In this document: positions 20,325-33,404 of the stretch, piece by piece
Position numbering within the stretch: position 1 is the stretch's first letter
How the letters are laid out: each line of letters begins with the position of its first letter
NCBI GenBank assembly: GCA_905202055.1
Contig: CAJKQK010000003.1
Span: forward strand, 1,264-65,263
DNA: 64,000 nucleotides
Origin: an uncultured Oxalobacter sp.
GTDB lineage: Bacteria > Pseudomonadota > Gammaproteobacteria > Burkholderiales > Burkholderiaceae_D
Direction of reading: 5' to 3'
Program-made: the position numbers and the translations under genes
The notes under the pieces: model-generated
The model's database searches: none
The model's input: the letters and a program-made list of their open reading frames with translations, nothing else
What the model was told of the DNA's origin: nothing

Positions 20325-21110
20325 TTAAGAAAAATCATTCAGGGTCTGCATTAGTATTCTTCCATATAAAAGAATCGGCAGTGTGGCTATCGCCAGATAA
20401 GGGCCAAATGGAAAATACTCCTCAAAACGGGCCCGGCCGGAAAACATTCTGATCAGTCCGGCTGCAATAGCCAGAAACGAAGCCATGATAACGATAAAGG
20501 CCAGACACATCCAGCCAAACCATGCTCCCAGTGCCGCAATCATCTTGAAATCACCGTTTCCCATTCCATCCTTGCCTGTGACACATCTGAAAACCGCATT
20601 TGCCATCCGGCAAACCAGATAGGCGGACAAGGCACTGATGACACCGACATGAAGCGTGACGAACGTGGCCTTTATATTGACAAGCAGCCCGGCCCACAAA
20701 AATGAATATGTCAGGCAATCCGGAAGATACCCTGTTCCCGAATCAACGAATCCGAGCAAAATCAGAAAATAAAGACATAATAAGGCCGCCAGCCCGGCAA
20801 ATGTCACCCCAAAATGCCAAACAACAAGTCCGGAGAAGACCGACGACATCAGAACAATTGTCTTTCCTGCCGGAGATTTACTATAGCCCCCTTCAAGGAA
20901 AGGCTGGAGATATTTTTGCAGTAAACCGGAAACGCCATTTTTCGGGAATTGGCCGACAAGAGAAGTCTGCCTTACAGGAGCACATGTTATGGCTCCAATT
21001 CCGGTACAGGCTTCTTTTTCATGAATGAAACGAATAAAACATGACGCCAGCCGATCCAAAAGGCAGCCAATCAAACAACCCACAACCAGAGCGACAAGGA
21101 TTACCCGCAT
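20325..21110 (-). CDS. pilD: Prepilin peptidase / N-methyltransferase (A24 family).
   Basis: Polytopic membrane protein with a GMGNGDFKMIAALGAWFGW motif. The start is uncertain: the ORF track starts at 21239, and an internal ATG at 21110 gives about 261 aa. Confidence 0.7.
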   Translation of the reverse strand: MRVILVALVVGCLIGCLLDRLASCFIRFIHEKEACTGIGAITCAPVRQTSLVGQFPKNGVSGLLQKYLQPFLEGGYSKSPAGKTIVLMSSVFSGLVVWHFGVTFAGLAALLCLYFLILLGFVDSGTGYLPDCLTYSFLWAGLLVNIKATFVTLHVGVISALSAYLVCRMANAVFRCVTGKDGMGNGDFKMIAALGAWFGWMCLAFIVIMASFLAIAAGLIRMFSGRARFEEYFPFGPYLAIATLPILLYGRILMQTLNDFS

Positions 21111-21256
21111 ATCGTCCACTCCATTTGAATCGAAATTGCGTGAGAGGCTTCCGGAAAACAAGCCATATCGAACAAAACGACGAAAAAAAACAAAAGCTTC
21201 GCTTTGACAACAATAACAAAACACCGACTGTTTCAGCAATCCGGAATGGCGGCGTA

Positions 21257-21832
21257 TCAGCTTAAGATGAAATTGATCTGGGAAACCATATCTTCCGTTG
21301 GAATCTGTTTGAACTGGGTTTTGGCAAAACGGAACAAACGGCCGATCAAATAGCTCATCATCAAATTGCTTCTCGAATTGATGTTTTCTTCTATGAACTG
21401 CCCCTGCGTCACCGCAATTTTCATGCTCTGTTTCAACGCCAGTTCAACACGGTCGAAAAACCGGTTCATTCTCGATTGCAGGCGCGCATCTTCATTGATC
21501 AGTGCATCCCCGATCATTACCCGGGTCATACCGGGATTCTTTTCGGCAAAATTAAGAATCAGCAGGGCCACAGACTGCGCCTGCAACAGGCCATTTTCTT
21601 CCTTTTCGGCAATCTGGTTGATCAGCCCGAATATGCTTGATTCGATGAATTCAATCAACCCTTCAAACATTTGTGCCTTGCTTGCGAAATGCCGGTAAAG
21701 GGCCGCCTCAGACAGACTGAGGTGCCGTGCAAGTGATGCGGTCGTTATCTTTTCACTCCGCGGTTGTTCGAGCATTTGCGCCAACGCCTGCAGGATTTGT
21801 AATTTTCTTTCTCCGGATTTGGTATTTCCCAT
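21257..21832 (-). CDS. slmA: TetR-family regulator resembling the nucleoid occlusion factor SlmA.
   Basis: 191 aa. [35 protein letters not shown] closely parallels E. coli SlmA [35 protein letters not shown]. Confidence 0.7.
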   Translation of the reverse strand: [191 protein letters not shown]

Positions 21833-21853
21833 GATGGATAAATATGAAAAGAA

Positions 21854-22570
21854 TTAATGAATTCGGTTTAAACGCCGTGACAGCTGGCGAACTGACGACA
21901 CTTTCAGGTCCACGTAAGGAGGTCTTGAAAATGGCAATTTTCTGTACGCGACAGGATATGCATGATTCGAATGCCGGCTCTCGTTCAGGTATCGTGTTAC
22001 CAGAACGGTTTTTATTCCCAGTGATTTGGCTGTTTTCAAAATATGGACGTTATCTTCAACAAGAATGCACTCTCCCGGCCTCGCCTTTTCTCTCATCAAA
22101 AACTGGCGAAAGAATTTTTTCGATGGTTTGGGTTCCAGTTTTCCATGTACTCGCATCGATTCAATGGAAATATGCCCGTCGAAAACAGATGACAATCCGA
22201 GTACATCAAGCACGTTTTTCGAATAACGGTATGCCGAATTCGTCAAAAGAATTTTCTTGCCCGGCAGATTCTTCAATAGCACGGACAAGCCTCTTTCCGC
22301 ATGAATCAAAGAATCCAGATTGTCGAACTGATGTGCACTTTCCAGGAAATCCTTCGCTTTCCGGTCATACGTCCGGCTGATCCCCAGCAATGTCGCACCG
22401 AAACGCTTCCAGAAAGCGATACGTAACTGATCCGCCTGTTCCGGGGTCAATTTCTTTCCCCCGGGACTGTATTTCTCTGCAATATAGCCATTCATGTTCT
22501 CGCTGATCCTGGGAAAAATCGCAAGAGATGCATTATGCAGGGTATTGTCCAGATCAAATAACCAAATCAT
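21854..22570 (-). CDS. HAD-superfamily hydrolase (pyrimidine 5'-nucleotidase-like).
   Basis: 238 aa. The N-terminal DxDxT motif is FDLDNTL. Confidence 0.7.
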   Translation of the reverse strand: MIWLFDLDNTLHNASLAIFPRISENMNGYIAEKYSPGGKKLTPEQADQLRIAFWKRFGATLLGISRTYDRKAKDFLESAHQFDNLDSLIHAERGLSVLLKNLPGKKILLTNSAYRYSKNVLDVLGLSSVFDGHISIESMRVHGKLEPKPSKKFFRQFLMREKARPGECILVEDNVHILKTAKSLGIKTVLVTRYLNESRHSNHAYPVAYRKLPFSRPPYVDLKVSSVRQLSRRLNRIH

Positions 22571-22641
22571 TGATGAATCCGCAGTTCACTCATAAAAAAG
22601 CCCATGCATGCACGGGCTTTTTTACTGTCAGAAACCACATG

Positions 22642-24321
22642 TCATGCCGGTTTCTTCGTTTTCGTGTTGTCGTATTTTCTCGTAATCCAGTACTGCTGCG
22701 CAATCGACAACAGATTGTTGACCACCCAGTACAGAACCAGCCCGGACGGGAAGAAAAAGAACGTAATCGAAAAGGCAATCGGCAAGAACATCATCATTTT
22801 GGCCTGCATCGGATCAGGTGGCGGCGGGCTCATCTTTTGCTGGATGAACATCGAACCGGCCATGATAATCGGCAAAATGTAATACGGATCAGGCGCTGCC
22901 AGATTCTGAATCCAGCCCAGCCAGGGAGCGTTTCTGATTTCAACGCTGGCGAGAAGTACCCAGTACAGGGAAATGAAGACCGGAATCTGAATCACAACCG
23001 GCAGACAACCGCCCAAAGGATTGATTTTTTCAGCTTTGTACAAGGCCATCAATTCCTTGTTCATACGCTGTTTGTCGTCCTTGTATCTTTCACGGAGTTC
23101 CGTAATTCTCGGCGTAAACTGCTTCATCTTGGCCATGCTGCGATAGCTGGCCGCGGAAAGCGGAGCGAAAACCAGTTTGATCAGGCAGGTTAACAGGATA
23201 ATTGTCCAGCCCCAGTTGCCCACTTCATTATGAATGTGAGTCATCAGCCAGAAGATCGGTTTGGCGATAATCGTCAGCCAGCCATAATCCTTGACCAGTT
23301 CCAGACCCGGAGCGGTTTTTTCCAGCAGCTTGGATTCCTGAGGGCCGACATACAGTCTCGTGTCATTGGAAGCGCTTGCGTTCGGAGCGATCGTACCCAG
23401 TGGGATGACGGTGCCGATGGCGTACAGGTTTTCACCCACTTTTCTCGTATAGTTTTCGCGGGGGACTTTATCCTGAGGAATGAAGGCGGAAACAAAATAA
23501 TGCTGAACCATACCGACCCAGCCATTGTCGGTCTTGGTCGCATGATCCATTTTTCCTTCACCAATATTGTCGAATTTGATTTTCTGGAATTTGTCCTGTT
23601 CGGAATAAACCGCCGGCCCCGTAAAGGTGCTGATAAATCTCGACTGGCCTTCCGGTCTTTCGCTATCCCGGAGCAGTTGCAGGTACAGGGACGCATTGAT
23701 CGGCTCATGGCTCAGGTTCGTGACTTTCTGGTCGACATCGACGACATAACTGCCGCGTTTGAAAGTATACGTCTTGGTCAGGCGAACGCCATCCTGTTCG
23801 GCATCCATAACGAGTTTGACTTCATCGTTATTCTCGCCAAGCGTTCTTTCACCGGGACGGATATGGAAACGGGTCGCATGATTCGGGTACAAACCACCGG
23901 TCAGGCCGGTTTGTGCCAGATAAATTCTTGGAGGTGATGATTCAAAGAGAACCATGTCCTTTTCGGAATCGACATTATCAGGATATTTAAGCAATTCCAG
24001 ATTCTGGAAAACACCGCCATCCGGATTGATCTGGACCTTGAAAACGTCAGTCGTTATCGATACCAGTTCGGCAGGCTGGTTTTTGGGTTCTTCTTTTTTG
24101 GCAACGGCTTTTGAAGCAATCGCGTCAGGATTTTCTTCTGCGGCAACAGAAGCAGTCTGGACAGGAACTTCAGGCAATCCGGTCTGGGTTTCGGATTTTT
24201 TCGCTTTTTCCTGTGTAAAAATCAGGGACTTCCCGCCTCTGTATACCTGCCAGTTATCCCAAAGGAAAAAAAGCGAAACCACCAGAATCAGCAACAACGT
24301 AGTACGTTTTTTGGCTTCCAT
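22642..24321 (-). CDS. yidC: Membrane protein insertase YidC.
   Basis: 559 aa, with a large periplasmic domain and a conserved C-terminal 5-TM insertase core. Confidence 0.92.
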   Translation of the reverse strand: MEAKKRTTLLLILVVSLFFLWDNWQVYRGGKSLIFTQEKAKKSETQTGLPEVPVQTASVAAEENPDAIASKAVAKKEEPKNQPAELVSITTDVFKVQINPDGGVFQNLELLKYPDNVDSEKDMVLFESSPPRIYLAQTGLTGGLYPNHATRFHIRPGERTLGENNDEVKLVMDAEQDGVRLTKTYTFKRGSYVVDVDQKVTNLSHEPINASLYLQLLRDSERPEGQSRFISTFTGPAVYSEQDKFQKIKFDNIGEGKMDHATKTDNGWVGMVQHYFVSAFIPQDKVPRENYTRKVGENLYAIGTVIPLGTIAPNASASNDTRLYVGPQESKLLEKTAPGLELVKDYGWLTIIAKPIFWLMTHIHNEVGNWGWTIILLTCLIKLVFAPLSAASYRSMAKMKQFTPRITELRERYKDDKQRMNKELMALYKAEKINPLGGCLPVVIQIPVFISLYWVLLASVEIRNAPWLGWIQNLAAPDPYYILPIIMAGSMFIQQKMSPPPPDPMQAKMMMFLPIAFSITFFFFPSGLVLYWVVNNLLSIAQQYWITRKYDNTKTKKPA

Positions 24322-24331
24322 AATCTACTTT

Positions 24332-24613
24332 TCAAATATCTTTTCCATCATTTTTCAATGATGAACTACAAGCACAACCGGATTTTCTCGCAGGGACGGG
24401 ATCGACTCCCCCCGGATGCAAGGGATGACATTTGCACAGCCGTATAAAAGTGAGACAACACCCTTTCCAACAGCCATGCACCGAAATGGCTTCGATTGCA
24501 TATTGAGAACAACTCGGGTAAAAACGACAATTTTGCCCTATCAATGGGCTAATGCACAACTGATATCCCCGAATTAAAACGATAAGCAACCATTTTAATG
24601 GCGATTGCATCAT
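24332..24613 (-). CDS. yidD: Membrane protein insertion efficiency factor YidD.
   Basis: The YidD motif [27 protein letters not shown] is present. Confidence 0.8.
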   Translation of the reverse strand: MMQSPLKWLLIVLIRGYQLCISPLIGQNCRFYPSCSQYAIEAISVHGCWKGCCLTFIRLCKCHPLHPGGVDPVPARKSGCACSSSLKNDGKDI

Positions 24614-24987
24614 TGCCTGCTTTTCTGGTTCATTCCCGAAGAGGCGATCAACTGGTCCAGTTCTGCCCTGAGAATACGTTTTACCTGCCTGTTTGTGGCA
24701 GGATCTTTCCGTTTATTAACTGGTGACGTCAAACGGATAATACAGTCCATTGCAGGAATTTGTATACAGCGGAATGTTTCGCGACACAGCCGTTTGATTG
24801 TATTTCGCGTTACGGCCCGATGTGCGAACCGCTTGGCAACGACAATTCCGAGTCGTGCATTTTCCAGCTGGTTGGGACGTGCGTACAAAACAAAATGTTT
24901 CGTCCGCGCACGGGGACGCATACGAAAAACGGATGAAAAATCATCCGTTTTAACGATACGCCGATCGGAAGAAAAATTTCTGTTCAC
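24610..24987 (-). CDS. rnpA: RNase P protein component.
   Basis: 125 aa, basic. Sits in the rpmH-rnpA-yidD-yidC arrangement. Confidence 0.85.
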   Translation of the reverse strand: MNRNFSSDRRIVKTDDFSSVFRMRPRARTKHFVLYARPNQLENARLGIVVAKRFAHRAVTRNTIKRLCRETFRCIQIPAMDCIIRLTSPVNKRKDPATNRQVKRILRAELDQLIASSGMNQKSRQ

Positions 24988-25010
24988 ACAACCAGCTGAA
25001 CATCGTCTGG

Positions 25011-25145
25011 TTATACAGCCAAACGTTTGCGGCCTTTGGCACGACGTGCATTTAAAACTGCACGGCCGCTTTTGGTCGCCATACGGGCACGGAAGCCGTG
25101 GGTGCGTTTGCGACGCACAACTGAAGGTTGATAAGTACGTTTCAT
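25011..25145 (-). CDS. rpmH: 50S ribosomal protein L34. This gene is absent from the ORF track because it is under 60 aa.
   Basis: Hand translation gives [44 protein letters not shown]. Confidence 0.88.
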   Translation of the reverse strand: MKRTYQPSVVRRKRTHGFRARMATKSGRAVLNARRAKGRKRLAV

Positions 25146-25343
25146 GATGGTCTCGCTAATCAGCAAAAAAAAATCAAAATCCGATGCCAGCTGCCCCGTT
25201 AAAATACCGTCTGACCGGCCATATTAACCATGACAAGGCATCAATTATGCGCAAGGAACCAATGATTAGACCGTAATTTTCACCATCCTGTCAATATGAA
25301 TCTGTATTTCATGACAGAAATAAGTGAAAAAACAGACGGCGCC

Positions 25344-25352
25344 TGTGGATAA
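25344..25352. promoter_or_regulatory. Perfect consensus DnaA box (TGTGGATAA, which is TTATCCACA on the other strand) in the rpmH-dnaA intergenic / dnaA promoter region.
   Basis: Exact 9-mer match to the TTATCCACA consensus. Confidence 0.5.
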
Positions 25353-25511
25353 CTTGCCTAATTCAAGGTAAAATAGCAACTTATTGGAAAATTGTTTATT
25401 GAATATTTTGACTTTTCCCGGACAATACATCCGTATCTGTTTTTTCCGGGAGACTGGCAATGACCAGCTGCGTCAAGTCAACCGGTAACTGATGTCTAGT
25501 CGATTGGAATT

Positions 25512-26891
25512 ATGGAAAAATTTTGGCAGAGCTGCTTGTCCCAACTGGAATCGGAATTGACTCCGCAGCAGTATAGCGCCTGGATCAAGCCGCTGGTGCC
25601 GCTGGATTATAAAGATGGCATTTTACGTGTTGCCGCACCCAACCGCTTCAAGCTGGACTGGGTAAAAACACAATATGCCGATCGTATTACCTCTCTGGCT
25701 TGCCAGTTTCTGGAATCGACGGTCGATGTGCAGTTTATGTTGAACCCCGGGACACGTTCGGCGTCGCTCTCAAAACCGGTTCCCTCGCATCCGAAGCCTG
25801 AACCGGTTATGCCTGTGGAAACAGCGGACACCAGTCACAGGATTCCCGTTTCCGACACACCTACCCGCGAGCAAAGCCGGATCAATGTCGAGATGACTTT
25901 CGACAGTTTTGTTACCGGCAAGGCAAACCAGCTTGCCCGGGCTGCGGCCATTCAGGTTGCCAACAATCCGGGTGTTTCCTATAACCCGCTTTATTTGTTC
26001 GGTGGTGTGGGCCTTGGCAAAACCCATTTGATCCATGCCATCGGCAATCAGGTTCTGGCCGATACGCCTTCGGCAAAAATCCGTTATATTCATGCCGAAC
26101 AATATGTCCGGGATGTCGTCACCGCCTATCAGCGCAAGGGGTTCGATGACTTCAAGCGTTACTACCATTCACTGGACATGCTTCTGATCGACGATATCCA
26201 GTTTTTTTCTGGCAAGAGCCGTACGCAGGAAGAATTTTTCTATGCCTTTGAAGCATTGATCGCGGCACGAAAACAGATCATTATTACCAGCGATACCTAT
26301 CCTAAAGAAATTTCGGGGATGGATGACCGGCTGACCTCACGTTTCGACTCTGGCCTGACTGTCGCCATCGAGCCCCCTGAACTGGAAATGCGTGTGGCCA
26401 TTCTGATCAAGAAAGCCAGCCAGGAAGGGATCCAGCTTTCCGACGATGTCGCTTTTTTTGTGGCAAAACACCTGCGCTCCAACGTTCGTGAACTTGAAGG
26501 TGCCCTCCGCAAGATACTGGCTTTTTCCCGTTTCCACGGCAGGGATATCACTATCGAACTGACCAAGGAAGCCTTAAAGGATTTGCTGAATGTGCAAAAC
26601 CGGCAGATTTCGGTGGAAAACATCCAGAAAACGGTCGCCGACTTTTTCCGTATCAAGGTTGCCGATATGTATTCGAAACGACGTCCGGCCAATATTGCAA
26701 GGCCCCGTCAGATCGCCATGTATTTAACGAAAGAATTGACTCAAAAAAGCCTGCCCGAGATCGGTGAATTGTTTGGTGGACGTGACCATACGACTGTTTT
26801 GCACGCTGTTCGCAAAATTGCACAGGACAGGTTGAAAAATCCTGAATGCAATCATGAGCTTCATGTGCTGGAACAAACTCTGAAAGGTTGA
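25512..26891 (+). CDS. dnaA: Chromosomal replication initiator DnaA.
   Basis: 459 aa. It has an AAA+ domain with Walker [10 protein letters not shown] and a C-terminal DNA-binding domain. Confidence 0.95.
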   Translation: MEKFWQSCLSQLESELTPQQYSAWIKPLVPLDYKDGILRVAAPNRFKLDWVKTQYADRITSLACQFLESTVDVQFMLNPGTRSASLSKPVPSHPKPEPVMPVETADTSHRIPVSDTPTREQSRINVEMTFDSFVTGKANQLARAAAIQVANNPGVSYNPLYLFGGVGLGKTHLIHAIGNQVLADTPSAKIRYIHAEQYVRDVVTAYQRKGFDDFKRYYHSLDMLLIDDIQFFSGKSRTQEEFFYAFEALIAARKQIIITSDTYPKEISGMDDRLTSRFDSGLTVAIEPPELEMRVAILIKKASQEGIQLSDDVAFFVAKHLRSNVRELEGALRKILAFSRFHGRDITIELTKEALKDLLNVQNRQISVENIQKTVADFFRIKVADMYSKRRPANIARPRQIAMYLTKELTQKSLPEIGELFGGRDHTTVLHAVRKIAQDRLKNPECNHELHVLEQTLKG

Positions 26892-26950
26892 CAGCATTAC
26901 AATTGAAAGATCTTGGGATAAAGAACAATTAAATTTTCAAGGATAAGAAC

Positions 26951-28057
26951 ATGCAACTGGTAAAAACCGGCAGAGACAATCTTCTTCGCCCTTTACAGAT
27001 CGTTAGCGGTATCGTGGAACGCAGGCATACCTTGCCAATTCTGGCCAACATCCTGATCAGGAAAGAAGGTCAGGCTGTTTCTTTCCTGTCAACCGACACT
27101 GAAATCCAGATCGTCACCCATGCCGAAATCGGTACGAATGAGGAAAATACGACGACGACGGTCGCTGCACGCAAACTTCTTGACATTCTCCGTGCATTGC
27201 CGGATACATCCGATATTGCCATCACCCTGAATGACAAACGGCTTGTTGTTCAGGCCGGCAAATCCCGGTTTTCCCTGCAAACCCTGCCGGCCGACGATTT
27301 TCCGATCGTTTCGCAACCGGCTGAATATGAAACATCTGTCACCGTTTCGCAAAAAGCACTGAAAAACCTGCTCGGCATGGTTTACTTTTCGATGGCGCAA
27401 CAGGACATTCGCTATTATCTGAATGGCCTGCTCTTGCAGGTTGACGGCAAAAAAATGACGGCTGTTGCAACCGATGGCCACCGTCTTGCTTTCTGCGAAA
27501 TGGAGACCGATCAGGAATTTGCCAAAAATGACGTCATTATCCCGCGTAAAACTATCCTTGAATTGCAAAGATTGCTTGAAGACAGCGAAGAACCTGTCCG
27601 TATCGATTTCTCGGGTGGCCAGGTCAGGTTCGTTTTCGGTGATGTCGAACTCATTTCGAAACTGGTCGAAGGCAAGTTCCCCGATTACACCCGCGTTATT
27701 CCGAAAGGGTACAAAAACAAGTTCTCTCTTTCCCGTGAACAGCTGCAAAGAGCCCTGCAGCGTGCCGCCATCATGACAAGCGACAAATTCAAGGGAATCC
27801 GCTGTATATTGGGTCCCGGCAGCCTGAAAATCAGTTCTACCAATGCCGATCAGGAAGAAGCCATCGAGGAAATCGAACTTGACTATAGCGGTGACAGCAT
27901 CGACATCGGATTTAACGTCACCTATCTTCTGGATGTTCTGGGAAATCTGAAAAACGAACAGGTCAGTGTGGAACTGGGTGATGCCAATTCTTCCGCACTC
28001 GTATCCGTTCCTGACAATTCGGATTTCAAATATGTTGTTATGCCGATGCGTATTTAA
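26951..28057 (+). CDS. dnaN: DNA polymerase III beta sliding clamp.
   Basis: 368 aa. Sits in the dnaA-dnaN-gyrB arrangement. Confidence 0.95.
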   Translation: MQLVKTGRDNLLRPLQIVSGIVERRHTLPILANILIRKEGQAVSFLSTDTEIQIVTHAEIGTNEENTTTTVAARKLLDILRALPDTSDIAITLNDKRLVVQAGKSRFSLQTLPADDFPIVSQPAEYETSVTVSQKALKNLLGMVYFSMAQQDIRYYLNGLLLQVDGKKMTAVATDGHRLAFCEMETDQEFAKNDVIIPRKTILELQRLLEDSEEPVRIDFSGGQVRFVFGDVELISKLVEGKFPDYTRVIPKGYKNKFSLSREQLQRALQRAAIMTSDKFKGIRCILGPGSLKISSTNADQEEAIEEIELDYSGDSIDIGFNVTYLLDVLGNLKNEQVSVELGDANSSALVSVPDNSDFKYVVMPMRI

Positions 28058-28114
28058 TCGCGCAACAGACCCGTATTGATGATTTATAAATCATTGCATT
28101 GAGTCATGTCGTAG

Positions 28115-30655
<2,541 letters not shown>

Positions 30656-30675
30656 TTTTCTTTCAGACTTTGTTA

Positions 30676-30708
30676 AAAGCTGTTTCACTGTTTGTGAAAC
30701 AGCTTTTT
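30676..30708 (+). terminator. gyrB rho-independent terminator (13-bp stem, 5-nt loop, T-run).
   Basis: aaagctgtttcac-tgttt-gtgaaacagcttttt. Confidence 0.6.
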
Positions 30709-30876
30709 CATCCGTTCACCGCTTTTCATTTATCCTTTCATTTCCTTGTCTCTCCCTTCTTCATAAAACAGGAGCTGAACGTCATTTGACTTCACTCATG
30801 GTCGATATATGAATTTAACGTAACGTGACATCAGGGACATTCAATATCACTGCGACGTTTTTTTCATGCCAGCACC

Positions 30877-32004
30877 ATGAATACGAATGAAATCAGGGAA
30901 GAAGCGCATCTTCCGGAAAAAGAAGACTGGAAATCCCGAAATCATATCCGGTCTTTCATACAGCTCGGGATAACGATACTGGGGGTATTTCTCTGCTATC
31001 TGATGACAGTTCCATTCCTGTCTTCGCTGGCATGGGCGCTTGCGCTGGCGGTTTTATTCATGCCTGTCCACAAACGTATTTTAAAAAAACTGAAGAAAAA
31101 GAATATGGCTGCCATGCTCACATCCGCGCTGGCCATCATCATTGTGGTCATCCCGGTCATGTGGATGGTCATTCGCCTCGTTCTGGAAATCGACAAAGGG
31201 GCTGCCTTAATTATGGACCGTGTCAGCTCGGGGGAATGGCAAAACAATCTGGAAACGATGCCTTTTGTCGGAAAAGCCGTCTTCTGGCTGGAAAATCACC
31301 TGAATATTCCCCAGGCCGTCAATAATCTGACATCCTGGCTAACCGCTCAGGTAACTTTGTTTTTGCGCTCCTCTTTCATACAGATTATCGTTATTGTTCT
31401 GACGTTTTATCTTCTCTTTTACTTTCTCCGGGACCGTAATGAAATCCTGCGCACGGTCAGACGATTTTCACCACTTTGCGGCAGGGAAACAAACGGTCTT
31501 TTCAAGGTCGTCAACAACACTATTCGCGCGACTGTTTTCGGTACTCTGGCCGTTTCGGCAATAAAAGGTTTCCTGACCGGTTTCATGTTCTGGGTTCTCG
31601 GGCTACCGGCACCACTGTTGTGGGGATCGATTATGGGAATTCTGTCGATCATTCCCCTTCTGGGCTCTTACATCATCTGGATACCGGCAGCGGTGTATCT
31701 GGCTCTGGATGGATACTGGGCTCAGGCTTTCGTTCTGGTTATCTGGGGGATTGTGGTGGGAGGAGTGGTAAACAACGTACTTTATCCCATTCTGGTCAGC
31801 AAAAAACTCAAATTACATACGATTGTTGCGTTCATCGCGCTGGCAGGCGGCATTCTTGTCTATGGTGCCTCCGGAGTCATTCTGGGGCCCATTACACTGA
31901 CGGGCAGCGCTTTCCTGCTTCATCTGTGGCGCCTCAAGGCCACCGGATACAAAAAGAACATCTCTTTACCAACCGCTTTCGATGATTCGACAGAATCCTT
32001 GTAG
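30877..32004 (+). CDS. AI-2E family transporter (PerM/YhhT-like).
   Basis: 375 aa polytopic membrane protein with the AI-2E family architecture. Confidence 0.75.
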   Translation: MNTNEIREEAHLPEKEDWKSRNHIRSFIQLGITILGVFLCYLMTVPFLSSLAWALALAVLFMPVHKRILKKLKKKNMAAMLTSALAIIIVVIPVMWMVIRLVLEIDKGAALIMDRVSSGEWQNNLETMPFVGKAVFWLENHLNIPQAVNNLTSWLTAQVTLFLRSSFIQIIVIVLTFYLLFYFLRDRNEILRTVRRFSPLCGRETNGLFKVVNNTIRATVFGTLAVSAIKGFLTGFMFWVLGLPAPLLWGSIMGILSIIPLLGSYIIWIPAAVYLALDGYWAQAFVLVIWGIVVGGVVNNVLYPILVSKKLKLHTIVAFIALAGGILVYGASGVILGPITLTGSAFLLHLWRLKATGYKKNISLPTAFDDSTESL

Positions 32005-32036
32005 CCAATCAACTTTTCCATATGTCTCATTCATAA

Positions 32037-32285
32037 ATGGAGGAAAAAATGAGAGTCGACATTTTCAAACGTGAAGAAGCCAGCGGAATTTATTCCTATC
32101 TTTTGATTCCGGAAGGGAAAAACATTCCGGGAGAAGCGACAAATACCGACTGGGAGCTCGATGCGAAAGGAGTGGACATTAACGTAGACGAGGAAAGCCT
32201 TGACGATTTTTCAATCGTTTATCCGGCCATACAAATCAGGGACAAGGGTTATGCCATCAGCAATCTGTCAAGCCTGTCGAATTGA
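32037..32285 (+). CDS. YcgL-domain protein (DUF709).
   Basis: 82 aa. The pattern DIFKREEASGIYSYLLIPEGKNI parallels the IYRSS...TYLYV core of E. coli YcgL. Confidence 0.55.
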   Translation: MEEKMRVDIFKREEASGIYSYLLIPEGKNIPGEATNTDWELDAKGVDINVDEESLDDFSIVYPAIQIRDKGYAISNLSSLSN

Positions 32286-32440
32286 TTGATTTTTCAGGTG
32301 CCGACAACTGAAAATTTTTCCTTTAAGAACATTTCCTTGAAATGTATCAAACCGATTGTCCTCAGGCTGGTTTTCAATGAACCTCTGAATGATTCAAAGA
32401 CATTTCATTCATGTCTGCAAAACAGTAAAGGAACACCAGT

Positions 32441-32887
32441 ATGAATACAAGTTGGGTTATCGTGACTGACAGTACACGGGCACGTATTTTTGAAAAAAAA
32501 GGAGCTAACGAACCTTTGATGGAGTTCGAGGATCTGGTCGATCCGGCCGCTTTTGAAAATCAGAACGAACTGGAACATCACACTCGCGGTCGTTATCATG
32601 ATGTCGGAACAGGACACAGCCATACCAACGATCCGTCTGTGAGCCCAATGGCACATCAAAATGATCTTTTCGCAAAATCGATCGCACTTTATCTGGATAA
32701 AGGAAGAAAAGACTCAAAATTTCATCGTCTGTATCTGATTTCTTCGCCTCATTTTCTGGGCACCTTGCGAAACAAACTGGGCAAGGAAGTCAACCGGTTG
32801 ATTGAAAACGAATGGTCAGAAGAAATTTCAGACTATTCAGCTGCCGAGATTGAACAATTCCTCAGGGACAAAACGGTCTGGCACTGA
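32441..32887 (+). CDS. Host_attach-family protein (PF10116-like).
   Basis: 148 aa and acidic. The family assignment is from memory of the pattern, so confidence is moderate. Confidence 0.5.
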   Translation: MNTSWVIVTDSTRARIFEKKGANEPLMEFEDLVDPAAFENQNELEHHTRGRYHDVGTGHSHTNDPSVSPMAHQNDLFAKSIALYLDKGRKDSKFHRLYLISSPHFLGTLRNKLGKEVNRLIENEWSEEISDYSAAEIEQFLRDKTVWH

Positions 32888-32958
32888 TTCCCGATCCATT
32901 CAATATCAGAAAAAAAGCGTATTCAGGAATGAATACGCTTTTTTTTTAAATGGCATTT

Positions 32959-33219
32959 TTAATAATTGTTCATCCGTTTTTGTGCTTCCCATGACCATTC
33001 ACATTTGGCACGGTTCATATCGTTGATATCGAAGACCAGAGTCGTACCGGCAGGACAGTCCCTGTCAGTCAGTTCAGCCGTAATCTTGCTGGCCGGTATT
33101 TCCTCGACGACGTAAGTCGTGGTTGTCGTTACGGTCGTATTGGGATAATAGACCTGTGCCGAAGCAATGCCGGATACACCAATGGCTGCCATTAACAGAG
33201 CAAAACGTATTTTTCTCAT
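32959..33219 (-). CDS. Small secreted protein of unknown function, with a signal peptide and a Thr-rich stretch.
   Basis: 86 aa. The signal peptide is MRKIRFALLMAAIGVSGIASA, and there are 2 Cys in the mature part. Confidence 0.45.
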   Translation of the reverse strand: MRKIRFALLMAAIGVSGIASAQVYYPNTTVTTTTTYVVEEIPASKITAELTDRDCPAGTTLVFDINDMNRAKCEWSWEAQKRMNNY

Positions 33220-33404
33220 AGTATTACCTCAATGTAAATAATGAATGTTCAGGCTTTCCGCCATCATTGGCCCACACACTTCAGACGAGGAAAATTCCGG
33301 GTAGTTTCATCTTCACCTTTAATTTCAAAGTATCCTGAGCTACATCAATTGCCCTTTTGCAATATCATCCTTTCAATCATCATTCTGACGGTATGCCTGT
33401 TTTG

